Notes: generated by a model from the letters alone, not told the origin. Shown: positions 1-7,325, numbered from the stretch's first letter. The stretch: 17,115 bases of DNA from a virus (IMGVR_UViG_2529292883_000003:1-17115); one strand, 5' to 3'. Made by a program: numbers and translations.

Positions 1-405
1 CATATCCCATATGTAGTCGCCATTCAGCGCTGCCGCCCCCGGCGCACTGATTGCTGTTCCATCGACAAGACGCAATCTCTTTCCGCTTGTACAACCCGTA
101 ACTGCGGCGCGTACAGCAAGTGTTTGTGCGGCAAGTATGCCAAACCAGTCGGCGGCATTCCGCAGCCGCTTCAGGAGAGCCACGTCAGATAATGTTGCAA
201 CGTCATGGAGCTGAGCCCATGCAGTGACTTCACGTAATGACATCCCCCCGGGGCCGTAAGCCAGCCCCAGACGTAGCAGAGTTGCAGCATCACGAATTTC
301 GCGGCGGCGGGTTAGAGCCCCGGCATTACGTGCCGAAGTATCCAGTTCTTCGGGCTTACCAATATGGGCCAGAATTGCTGACCAGTTATCGTGAGAGTAA
401 TTCAT
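1..405 (-). CDS. insL: IS186 transposase, N-terminal ~135 codons (partial; apparent frameshift at the C5 run 36-40)
   Basis: Minus-strand translation from ATG 405-403 gives MNYSHDNWSAILAHIGKPEELDTSARNAGALTRRREIRDAATLLRLGLAYGPGGMSLREVTAWAQLHDVATLSDVALLKRLRNAADWFGILAAQTLAVRAAVTGCTSGKRLRLVDGTAISAP..., matching the IS186 transposase as I remember it. Not in the ORF track because the frame runs off the window edge. Confidence 0.85.
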   Translation of the reverse strand, partial: MNYSHDNWSAILAHIGKPEELDTSARNAGALTRRREIRDAATLLRLGLAYGPGGMSLREVTAWAQLHDVATLSDVALLKRLRNAADWFGILAAQTLAVRAAVTGCTSGKRLRLVDGTAISAPGAAALNGDYIWDM

Positions 406-460
406 CGGCACGTTAAATCATATCAGGCGTAATACCACAACCCTTAAGTTAGCGCTTATG
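1..460 (-). mobile_element. IS186 (IS4 family) end, continues beyond window start
   Basis: Transposase N-terminus recognised (see CDS 1-405), ~55 nt untranslated leader, and the minus-strand sequence CATAAGCGCTAACTTAAGGGTTG (plus 438-460) that I recall as the IS186 terminal repeat. Outer boundary at 460 is approximate and rests on memory of the IR. Confidence 0.7.
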
Positions 461-482
461 GGATTTCTCCCCGCTGGTCCTC

Positions 483-638
483 TTACTCCCCAAGTTCGTA
501 AGCTGTGAAGACAGCGACCTCCGTCTGGTCGGTTCGGATTCGTACCTCGCAGAGGTCTTTCCTCGTTACCAGTACCGTCACTATAACGATTAAACAGATG
601 ACGATCAGGGTGATTAACATCGCCTTTTGCTGCTTCAT
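483..638 (-). CDS. hok: Hok/Gef family type I toxin (HokD/RelF-like), 51 aa
   Basis: MKQQKAMLITLIVICLIVIVTVLVTRKDLCEVRIRTDQTEVAVFTAYELGE: one hydrophobic helix followed by the conserved RKxLCE..R....EVA.F.AYE Hok/Gef signature. Start ATG at 638-636, stop TAA at 485-483. Confidence 0.85.
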   Translation of the reverse strand: MKQQKAMLITLIVICLIVIVTVLVTRKDLCEVRIRTDQTEVAVFTAYELGE

Positions 639-695
639 AGCCCGCTTCTTCTTGCCTTTCAGCACGTAAGAGACTAACCTACGTTTGTAAGGCAT
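483..695 (-). CDS. mok: Mok: N-terminally extended frame sharing the hok stop, 70 aa
   Basis: ORF-track 70-aa frame (MPYKRRLVSYVLKGKKKRA + Hok) starting 57 nt upstream of hok in the same frame, as for chromosomal mok/hok pairs. Confidence 0.6.
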   Translation of the reverse strand: MPYKRRLVSYVLKGKKKRAMKQQKAMLITLIVICLIVIVTVLVTRKDLCEVRIRTDQTEVAVFTAYELGE

Positions 696-758
696 AGATT
701 GGGCCCCAGATTAATGTTAAGCCTCTTGCCGGATGCGTAATATCAACTGGGGTTTTTT
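687..758 (+). ncRNA. sok: putative Sok antisense RNA
   Basis: Plus-strand segment antisense to the mok start region, ending in CCCCAG...CTGGGG followed by TTTTTT (753-758), which looks like an intrinsic terminator. The 5' end is placed by analogy with known hok/sok loci, not seen directly. Confidence 0.35.
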
Positions 759-1241
759 CTATCTGCCTTTGATTTTCATGCCCAAGGCAGATAGCCTCAA
801 GCCCCCGCAGCCATACTATTTAACCCCCGTTACCTCGCCAATATGAAATCAATCAGAAAGGCGATCCATAAGAACAATAGCAAGACAATAAATTGCCACC
901 ACAGCCGCAATAGCCAACGCACACTTGAGAACCAGCACGACAACCTCCTGTATTGGACGTGCACCTGCCCTGATAAATATGAGGCTGTCTCGTCAGTGAT
1001 TCAATACAACTATTGGGTATAGTTTCTGTGATTTTGTTCTGTAGAAATGGAACACAACAACCAGTCACCACCAGCACTTCTTTAAATACGCTAAGTCCGA
1101 CGCAAGCTAACCTTCTAGTCCGCTTTGAGCGAGGAGCGGACCTGACATTGGGGTATGTCAATTTATGGGAGCAGGTCAGGGGCATTAATGCCCCCATATG
1201 GAATAAGTTTCACCTTGACATTAATAATGCTCTTGGGACAA

Positions 1242-2987
1242 TCAAAAACTTTGCTTTAGTGGTACTTCTCTTGACATGTGGATACCATCTTTTGAACGCC
1301 TGCGCTCTTCAAAATAGATAGCTAATGATAAATAGATTATTGAGTTTCTAGCTAATCCAATGAGTTGCATGAGCCTTGATTCAAATTGGCTTATTGGTAT
1401 TAATAGAGAGTGGGAAGATAGTTTTTCTTTTTCATAGATCTTTGATTTTAGATCTGTAAGTCTTAAACTCATCTTATTAACACCATCTTCGAGTTGTTGC
1501 GCTAAACAATTATCCCCATCTTTTTTTGCTTGCTTCATTTTTAATTTTTCATCCCGGATTTTATCTGGTAGTACATTAACTTCTTCTTGGATCTTTCTAA
1601 ATTCACCATCATTATAAGTATTATATGATGTTGCAAGTTCATAGCCAAAATCATCAACTATTTTTAATGAACGATGTTCCATGGCATTTCTAATCTCTGC
1701 AAATGCCACTGCATTTGGATCTAACCACTTTGTTGCTGAATCAGAGTCACCAACTTTACGGATATCTTTTAATATATAGAATAAAGCGTGAATGAAATGA
1801 TTGTCGCTATCTTTCAGCTTTTTATGTGGTTTCCATTTAGTATTATTACTTGTAAAGTCACGGAATAAATTATCTATACTGATTATTTTGTCATGTTTCA
1901 GATCGTTCAAATCAAAGAAGCGACTAATTAAATATGCTACTTTATCAAAAATTGAATATACTATTCTGAATGCTGACTTATACTGAGCAATCTTCAAGTT
2001 ATTAATTGAGTAAGTCATATCCTCAACGTGTTGATATGTTGAGTTGAATATATGAGGGTTATCATCAGGTATATCTTTTGAAGAAAAAATCAAGTACCGA
2101 GCATAACAGTAATCATTTTTTAATTCATCATAATTACCGTGATAAGATAATTCTTCAGACATGGTGAGAGAACTATTAAGCGATTGAACGAATGAGGGGA
2201 ATTCGAAAACATCCTGATAAGTAATCGGGTACTCGCAAGCATCATTCAAATCATTAAGAAAGAGTCTTTTACTAGCGCACCATTCTAAATAGTTTTTCTG
2301 TTTTCTACATGTGGTTTTTTCAGTGTATTCTTTAAAGTAATCGAAGTCCGATGTTTCGAATAACTCCTCGAACCATTTTTTAAAGTTGAATAATTTGCCG
2401 CCTTTCTCAAGTGGCACTCTTTGTTCAGGATATAGTTGATCAATATTCTCAAAACCTTTTTTCACAAGTTCATAAGCGATATAGTAATGATATTCTGAAT
2501 GTCCATTATCATAAAGTGAAAGCCCAAGAAAAATTTCATTATTGGCTTTTGCTATAATTGCAACGAGATTATTATCTATAGAAATAGCTTTATCATAGTG
2601 GGGAATGCAACATAACGTTCTACCTTGTGATGAAAGGCGATTAGCTAAATTTGTCTCAATCATAGACCTAAGACTATTATATGCATGAGTATTATTATCA
2701 TGTTCTCTCCAGTCTACTTTAGGTAGCGCATGTAAAGCTTTCCTGTAAAAGATGACCGATTTCATCAAATCATCTGAATACCACTCAGTTTTACGTGTTT
2801 CATAAAGTACAGAGTAACAATTTCCTAAGCAGTAAAGATAATGAGCCTCGTCTAATTGGTGAGTAAAGGTGAAATCCCGTTCTGTAAAACTCTCTATTAA
2901 TGAAGATAAAGAAACGTGATCACCTTTGATGATGTATTCATCCGCACGTTTACTAAACTCATCAAGTTTATCTTTTTCCAATAACAA
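1242..2987 (-). CDS. hypothetical protein, 581 aa, no family recognised (island cargo)
   Basis: Long uninterrupted minus-strand ORF in AT-rich DNA. TTG start at 2987-2985 sits 5 nt after a perfect AAGGAG (plus 2993-2998 is CTCCTT). No in-frame ATG nearby. Contains an R-x4-H motif (AEIRNAMEHRS) and TPR-like helices; both are weak motif-level hints. Confidence 0.6.
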   Translation of the reverse strand: MLLEKDKLDEFSKRADEYIIKGDHVSLSSLIESFTERDFTFTHQLDEAHYLYCLGNCYSVLYETRKTEWYSDDLMKSVIFYRKALHALPKVDWREHDNNTHAYNSLRSMIETNLANRLSSQGRTLCCIPHYDKAISIDNNLVAIIAKANNEIFLGLSLYDNGHSEYHYYIAYELVKKGFENIDQLYPEQRVPLEKGGKLFNFKKWFEELFETSDFDYFKEYTEKTTCRKQKNYLEWCASKRLFLNDLNDACEYPITYQDVFEFPSFVQSLNSSLTMSEELSYHGNYDELKNDYCYARYLIFSSKDIPDDNPHIFNSTYQHVEDMTYSINNLKIAQYKSAFRIVYSIFDKVAYLISRFFDLNDLKHDKIISIDNLFRDFTSNNTKWKPHKKLKDSDNHFIHALFYILKDIRKVGDSDSATKWLDPNAVAFAEIRNAMEHRSLKIVDDFGYELATSYNTYNDGEFRKIQEEVNVLPDKIRDEKLKMKQAKKDGDNCLAQQLEDGVNKMSLRLTDLKSKIYEKEKLSSHSLLIPISQFESRLMQLIGLARNSIIYLSLAIYFEERRRSKDGIHMSREVPLKQSF

Positions 2988-3212
2988 AGTGACTCCTTAA
3001 CTGTTCATACGAACTGAATGACAAGCTTCGATTTAAAACTAAACATATAAATGTACTATTTAATTATTTATTATATGTGGATTTGGTCGATAATGCTGAT
3101 CTAGTATTTAAGTTTAGGAGCATAAAAAGTGATCTACTCCTCACAATTTAACATAGCGCATGGGTTCAACTTCCGCTTCTGGCACAGGGCTGCTGTTGCA
3201 GCACTGACAACC

Positions 3213-3686
3213 TTAGACTTCAATCGATTCAGAGATCTCTAACGCATCATCGACTTCAATGCCCAGATAACGGACTGTGCTTTCCAGTTTCCTATGGCCC
3301 AACAGAAGTTGGATCACCCAAAGATTCTTGGTTTTCTTGTAGATCAGGTAAGGTTTTGTTCTTCTCATGGAGTGTGTGCTGTAAAGCGAAGCTTCGAGAC
3401 CAAGCTTTTCTACCCACCCATGAAAAATTCGGCTGTATTGCCGGGTTGATATGTGCCGGTTCGTTCCGATCCGAGACCGAAACAAGAAGTCTTTACTGTG
3501 CAAATTGCCAAGCTTTATCAATGCAGCAACAGCTTCTCTTGTCCCTTTGGTTATCTCAAATTGCACAGGGCTACCGATTTTCTGTTGCAGCACCATTACT
3601 CTGCTTGAAGCCGAGCTGCCATATGCAACATCAGATACTTTGAGGTTCACCAGATCACAGCCTCGTAGCTTACTGTCTAAGACCAT
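3213..3686 (-). pseudogene. small tyrosine recombinase (integrase family) remnant, N-terminally truncated
   Basis: 157-aa ORF with box I arginine (KLRGCDLVNLKVSDV) and the C-terminal HSMRRT...LLGHRKLESTVRY catalytic signature (R, HxxR, Y). The same frame stays open upstream to 3803 but is broken by TGA at 3746-3744, with no start codon upstream; only ~6 residues precede box I. Confidence 0.55.
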
Positions 3687-4017
3687 GTTGAACTGAGCTA
3701 AATCACGCGTTTTACCTTCCAGTTCAAGCCGGATTCGGCTCCCTCAGATATGAGATATCTGGAGTTGTCTTTTTTGGCCTATGATACGGTCTTTGTTCCA
3801 CTGTTACATGTTCATAATCAAATCTCCTGCAATGCTGGAGATTTGAGTACGGTTGTCCCTTATGAGCGAGTATTGGACATTGAGTTACTTGTATCAGGGG
3901 TGGTCAAAATATTGGCACTTAGCCATAAAGGTATTTACATCAATGATTTATGATCTTTCCTTAGCAAGATTGCTACTTTTTTGTGAAGTATGTTCATGTC
4001 AATAGTAGGTAATTAAA

Positions 4018-4047
4018 TTTACAAAATCGCGAATTAATGGTTATATA
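4018..4047 (+). promoter_or_regulatory. putative sigma70 promoter for the plus-strand island gene
   Basis: TTTACA (4018-4023), 17-nt spacer, TTATAT/TATATA (4041-4047), about 45 nt upstream of ATG 4090. By-eye match only. Confidence 0.3.
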
Positions 4048-4089
4048 TCCCCTATGGCTTGTTTTTTTAATACGAGGAATCAAACGGAT

Positions 4090-4413
4090 ATGGATAATAA
4101 TATTCTATTTATTTCATCAATTGAGCGGTTTAATGATTTCGAAGAGGTTGTTAGACGCTTTTTACAGCGAATGTTTAATGCAGATGCTTATATTACAAAT
4201 GGCCCTTATGACGGAGGCAAGGACGTCGTTTACTCAGTAAGAGGTCGTGAAATAAGAGAGGTAATACAGGTATCTATTATAAAAAAAGGTTTAGAAGATA
4301 AACTTGAAGAAGACTTAATCAAAACAGATGATTTAATTAAAAAATATAATTACCCTCCTGTATTGAATTTTTTTGGAGCCACAAAATATCTGAAAGCAAG
4401 CTTGAAGTTTTAA
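4090..4413 (+). CDS. Mrr-like (restriction-endonuclease fold) N-terminal ORF, 107 aa, probably the 5' part of a frame-disrupted gene
   Basis: MDNNILFISSIERFNDFEEVVRRFLQRMFNADAYITNGPYDGGKDVVYSVRGREIREVIQVSIIKKG... has the DGGxD core typical of Mrr-type PD-(D/E)xK nucleases. The expected Q-x-K lysine is not obvious (IQVS). GAGGAA lies 12 nt upstream of ATG 4090. The ORF-track start at 4054 is an in-frame extension. Confidence 0.5.
   Translation: MDNNILFISSIERFNDFEEVVRRFLQRMFNADAYITNGPYDGGKDVVYSVRGREIREVIQVSIIKKGLEDKLEEDLIKTDDLIKKYNYPPVLNFFGATKYLKASLKF
4368..4374 (+). repeat. T7 homopolymer at the frame junction between ORF 4090-4413 and ORF 4560-6359
   Basis: The downstream frame is open from 4350 (after TAA 4347-4349); the upstream frame closes at 4411-4413. 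The T7 run is the only homopolymer in the 4350-4410 overlap and fits the X XXY YYZ slippery pattern (T TTT TTT) in the upstream frame. Confidence 0.5.
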
Positions 4414-4559
4414 AAAGCAATGCCAGAAAAAATTATGGGATAACCCTCGAGTTTTATGACGCAAATAGAATATCTCAAAAAATCACCAATGATTATCCGG
4501 AGATATTAACCTTTCTTCTTGAGGAAGTTCACAATTATCAATCCTCTAAAAAGGATGAG

Positions 4560-6359
4560 TTGGACATAAAAGAAATAGCATTTTACGAATATCTGGTGTT
4601 AAGTAAAGATGCTGCCAATTTAAAGAATGTAATTATTGATTCATACATAGTTTCATTACTTACAGGTCAAGGGAAGTCAGAGCATGATTTAATCAATGAA
4701 ACCCAAATTCTTGGGGTACACAATGAAACTCTTAAAAATAGATTGTATCTTTTAAAGCGAGATAATCGAATTATCCTTGATGGAGATTTATACAGTCTGT
4801 CTGAGGTTGAAAGTAAGAGAATCAGGAATCTTGAGTTAAAAGAAATAGCCAAAAGGAATGAGGTTTTAACAATAATTGGTAATGCGACCTCAAAATACTT
4901 TAGTGAAAATATATCCACCGAGGTTCTTGACCTAATTAAGGAGGCTTATGCTGAGTCGGTCAATCTACAGCTTAATGAATTAAACTTCGAATCCCCAAGA
5001 AATCAAATTGTTAAAGGAATTATTAAACAACTGGAAAAATTGATAACTGAAAAAGGAAAAATAAACAACTCATTGTCTTCAAAATTAGCTAATGAGCTTG
5101 TTGAGTTATCTGGGAGAAATGAATATCTTTCAGACTATTGCTCATCAAGGCTATGCATAACTCTATTAAATCAAAAGAAACTTGAAAGATATATTGACAA
5201 TAAAACGTTTTTTTTATACCTAGATGCCCCAGTATTGATTCCATATCTTGTTGCATTAAGATACGATAAAATTTCTAACAGTGAAAAATCGATAAGCACT
5301 GTTAAAACGTTAAAGAAAATAGTATTTAACCTTAAAAACAGACACATTCGTGTAACCCAAGAACATCTTGAAGAAACAGTACGACATTTATTAAATGGAA
5401 TGAAAATTAGTTCTTTTGCCAATGATGAATTAGTTAGGAAGATAGGTAATTCTAAAAACGTATTTTTTAATACATATATAAATATTAAAAAAAGCAAACC
5501 TAGTAGTTACAATTTCGAAAATTTTTTAGAAGATTTTATTGGCTATGAAGATACATCTGGCTCTATCGATGCAAAGTTTTATAAACTAATTCGTTCAGTC
5601 TCTCAGTATTTAAATCTAAATAGAATTGAAGTTATTTCAACCTCAGTTTATCAGGAAGATAGAATCATTGAGGAAGTTGCCAGGAAGTTTTCTAGGCAAA
5701 TATCTGGTCCAAAAAAAAGAAATCCACGAACTATTAATAATGATATTTATGCTGCATTAACCTTATCTGATGACAGCATACACTGCGATGAAAAGGGAGT
5801 CGGTCAAATCCCTATGCTAATTACATGGGATGCAACTCAGCACACACTCAGGAATATAGTAAGACAAAAAGATAAATATAAAGAATGGTTGGTTTACACT
5901 CCCCAAAGAGCAATTGAAAGACTTTCAATGTTAGAAATGAAAATTGAGAGCTCCGCAATTAAAGATGGTGTTTTAGCAATTATTGATGAGGATTATTTCT
6001 TCAAGGAAAACGATTCAAATTTAATCGATACTCTGGCATTGCTAGTGAAAGATGATTCCCCTGACGCTGGCGCATTAACAACTTTGATAAATAAACTATC
6101 GCAAAGGGTAACCGAGGAGTCTTTAGATTCTCAAGATATTGAAAAAGAAGCATTCAATACTTTAAACGAGATTTTAGTATTTACTTACACTGAGTTTAAA
6201 GATAATTTTAGCCAGGTAAAAATTGTTTTCAGTGATGAAAAATATACCGACTCAATCTTTGAGATACTAACCTCAACACTTAAGCGACCTTTCGATGATT
6301 CTTCTAGAATAGAGTATAAAAATAAAATAGACGAAATAATTTCAGTTCACTTTGGTTGA
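4560..6359 (+). CDS. hypothetical protein, 599 aa as called (TTG start); likely C-terminal part of a ~755-aa nuclease-domain fusion
   Basis: Long ORF in AT-rich DNA. Its frame has no ATG, GTG or TTG between 4350 and the TTG at 4560, and no internal Met for ~275 codons. Weak AAGGA 4 nt before the TTG. No family recognised. Confidence 0.55.
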   Translation: MDIKEIAFYEYLVLSKDAANLKNVIIDSYIVSLLTGQGKSEHDLINETQILGVHNETLKNRLYLLKRDNRIILDGDLYSLSEVESKRIRNLELKEIAKRNEVLTIIGNATSKYFSENISTEVLDLIKEAYAESVNLQLNELNFESPRNQIVKGIIKQLEKLITEKGKINNSLSSKLANELVELSGRNEYLSDYCSSRLCITLLNQKKLERYIDNKTFFLYLDAPVLIPYLVALRYDKISNSEKSISTVKTLKKIVFNLKNRHIRVTQEHLEETVRHLLNGMKISSFANDELVRKIGNSKNVFFNTYINIKKSKPSSYNFENFLEDFIGYEDTSGSIDAKFYKLIRSVSQYLNLNRIEVISTSVYQEDRIIEEVARKFSRQISGPKKRNPRTINNDIYAALTLSDDSIHCDEKGVGQIPMLITWDATQHTLRNIVRQKDKYKEWLVYTPQRAIERLSMLEMKIESSAIKDGVLAIIDEDYFFKENDSNLIDTLALLVKDDSPDAGALTTLINKLSQRVTEESLDSQDIEKEAFNTLNEILVFTYTEFKDNFSQVKIVFSDEKYTDSIFEILTSTLKRPFDDSSRIEYKNKIDEIISVHFG

Positions 6360-6519
6360 CTGTTTGGGGAGAGGGTTCTCCCCAATTAAAGAACTTATTA
6401 ACAATATCGATAAAGTTGTGAACTGTTCCCCATGGATTGATGCAGATAGGTGCTATCAACATCCGCCTTTGGCACAAAGCGGACAACCACGCTAGCTCTA
6501 CCGACATGGCTTTTCCCAT
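6304..6519 (-). CDS. hypothetical small ORF immediately downstream of ydaV (ydaW position), C-terminus runs into the island boundary
   Basis: 71-aa ORF-track frame (MGKAMSVELAWLSALCQRRMLIAPICINPWGTVHNFIDIVNK...). The first ~45 codons lie in normal-GC DNA, the tail reads through the boundary hairpin. No convincing SD. Confidence 0.25.
   Translation of the reverse strand: MGKAMSVELAWLSALCQRRMLIAPICINPWGTVHNFIDIVNKFFNWGEPSPQTVNQSELKLFRLFYFYTLF
6364..6385 (+). terminator. hairpin just after the 599-aa ORF stop (possible terminator / island boundary)
   Basis: TTGGGGAGA-GGGT-TCTCCCCAA: 9-bp stem with 4-nt loop, 5 nt after TGA 6357-6359. No U-tract follows on either strand, so terminator function is uncertain. 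Confidence 0.3.
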
Positions 6520-6572
6520 TGCTTTAAGTGCGTCAAAAAACAGTCTCCATTAAAATTTCCTCCCGATAAAAA

Positions 6573-7319
6573 TTACTTCGCAGTTCCTGGCTGGACGACA
6601 TTCGGACGCCAGCTCTCCCAGTTAAAATTCACCCAGCGTCCGCCGTTCATGGTCATGCGATCCATAATCCGCTCGCCGAGCAATGTTTTCATCGCCTCAT
6701 AGTTCAGGTTTGTCAGCATTCCCACGCCGCGCATCGACGCTGTCCGGCGATCAACAATCTGGTGCAGTACCACCTGCTCGTTTTTCGTATCGCGCTGAAT
6801 ACCAATTTCATCAAGAACCAGCAGATCAACTTCGCACAGTTCCCGCAAAAATTTTTCGCCTGACTGCCCGTCGTCATAGCTGGCGTGCAGGGCGCTCATA
6901 ACATCAGCCACGGTAACCACAATCACTGTCTGACCGTCTTTCAGCAGGCGATTCCCGATAGCCGCCGCCAGATGGTTTTTTCCGGTACCAGGTTTTCCAC
7001 TGAACGCAAAATTTGTACACCCGACCATCAGTTCATCGGCGATGAATTTCGCCTGGCTCAACGCGTATCGCTGACCGTCGTTCTGCACCTGGTAATTCGA
7101 AAACGAGCATTTGCGGTGCAATGGCTGGATGCCAGAGCGATTCAGAATTTTTTCCACCCGCAACTGACGATTCTGACGGTTGATCTCCTCACAACGTTTC
7201 TGGCCTTCGGAAAGTTGCCACTCACGCCACTCCGCCACCGTCTTGAATGGCGCGGTTACATGTGACGGGGCCAGTCTGCGGATACGTTCAAGAACGCCGC
7301 CTGTCGCAATATTTTTCAT
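6573..7319 (-). CDS. ydaV: Rac prophage replication protein, DnaC/IstB-like helicase loader
   Basis: 248 aa; Walker A GKPGTGKNHLAAAIG; recognised as YdaV; SD-like GGGGG upstream of ATG 7319. Confidence 0.85.
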   Translation of the reverse strand: MKNIATGGVLERIRRLAPSHVTAPFKTVAEWREWQLSEGQKRCEEINRQNRQLRVEKILNRSGIQPLHRKCSFSNYQVQNDGQRYALSQAKFIADELMVGCTNFAFSGKPGTGKNHLAAAIGNRLLKDGQTVIVVTVADVMSALHASYDDGQSGEKFLRELCEVDLLVLDEIGIQRDTKNEQVVLHQIVDRRTASMRGVGMLTNLNYEAMKTLLGERIMDRMTMNGGRWVNFNWESWRPNVVQPGTAK

Positions 7320-7325
7320 GGTCAG

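Noticed and set aside
843-1022. 59-aa plus-strand ORF MKSIRKAIHKNNSKTINCHHSRNSQRTLENQHDNLLYWTCTCPDKYEAVSSVIQYNYWV
   Set aside because: Clean frame, but no SD, no family recognised, and it lies where the hok promoter/leader is expected; kept as a note rather than a feature.
853-1321. ORFs 853-1197 (minus) and 1013-1321 (plus) between hok and the island
   Set aside because: They overlap each other, are Cys/Gly-rich or low-complexity, and have no RBS or recognisable domain.
3356-3953. Plus-strand ORFs 3356-3643, 3451-3696 and 3750-3953
   Set aside because: The first two are antisense to the recombinase catalytic domain; the third lies in the divergent intergenic region without an RBS.
4640-4680. 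Possible P-loop (SLLTGQGKSE) near the N-terminus of the 599-aa ORF
   Set aside because: It does not fit the GxxxxGK[ST] spacing and no Walker B was found; not enough to call an NTPase.
4667-5497. Minus-strand ORFs 4667-4918 and 5171-5497 inside the 599-aa ORF
   Set aside because: Antisense frames in AT-rich coding DNA, hydrophobic low-complexity products, no support.
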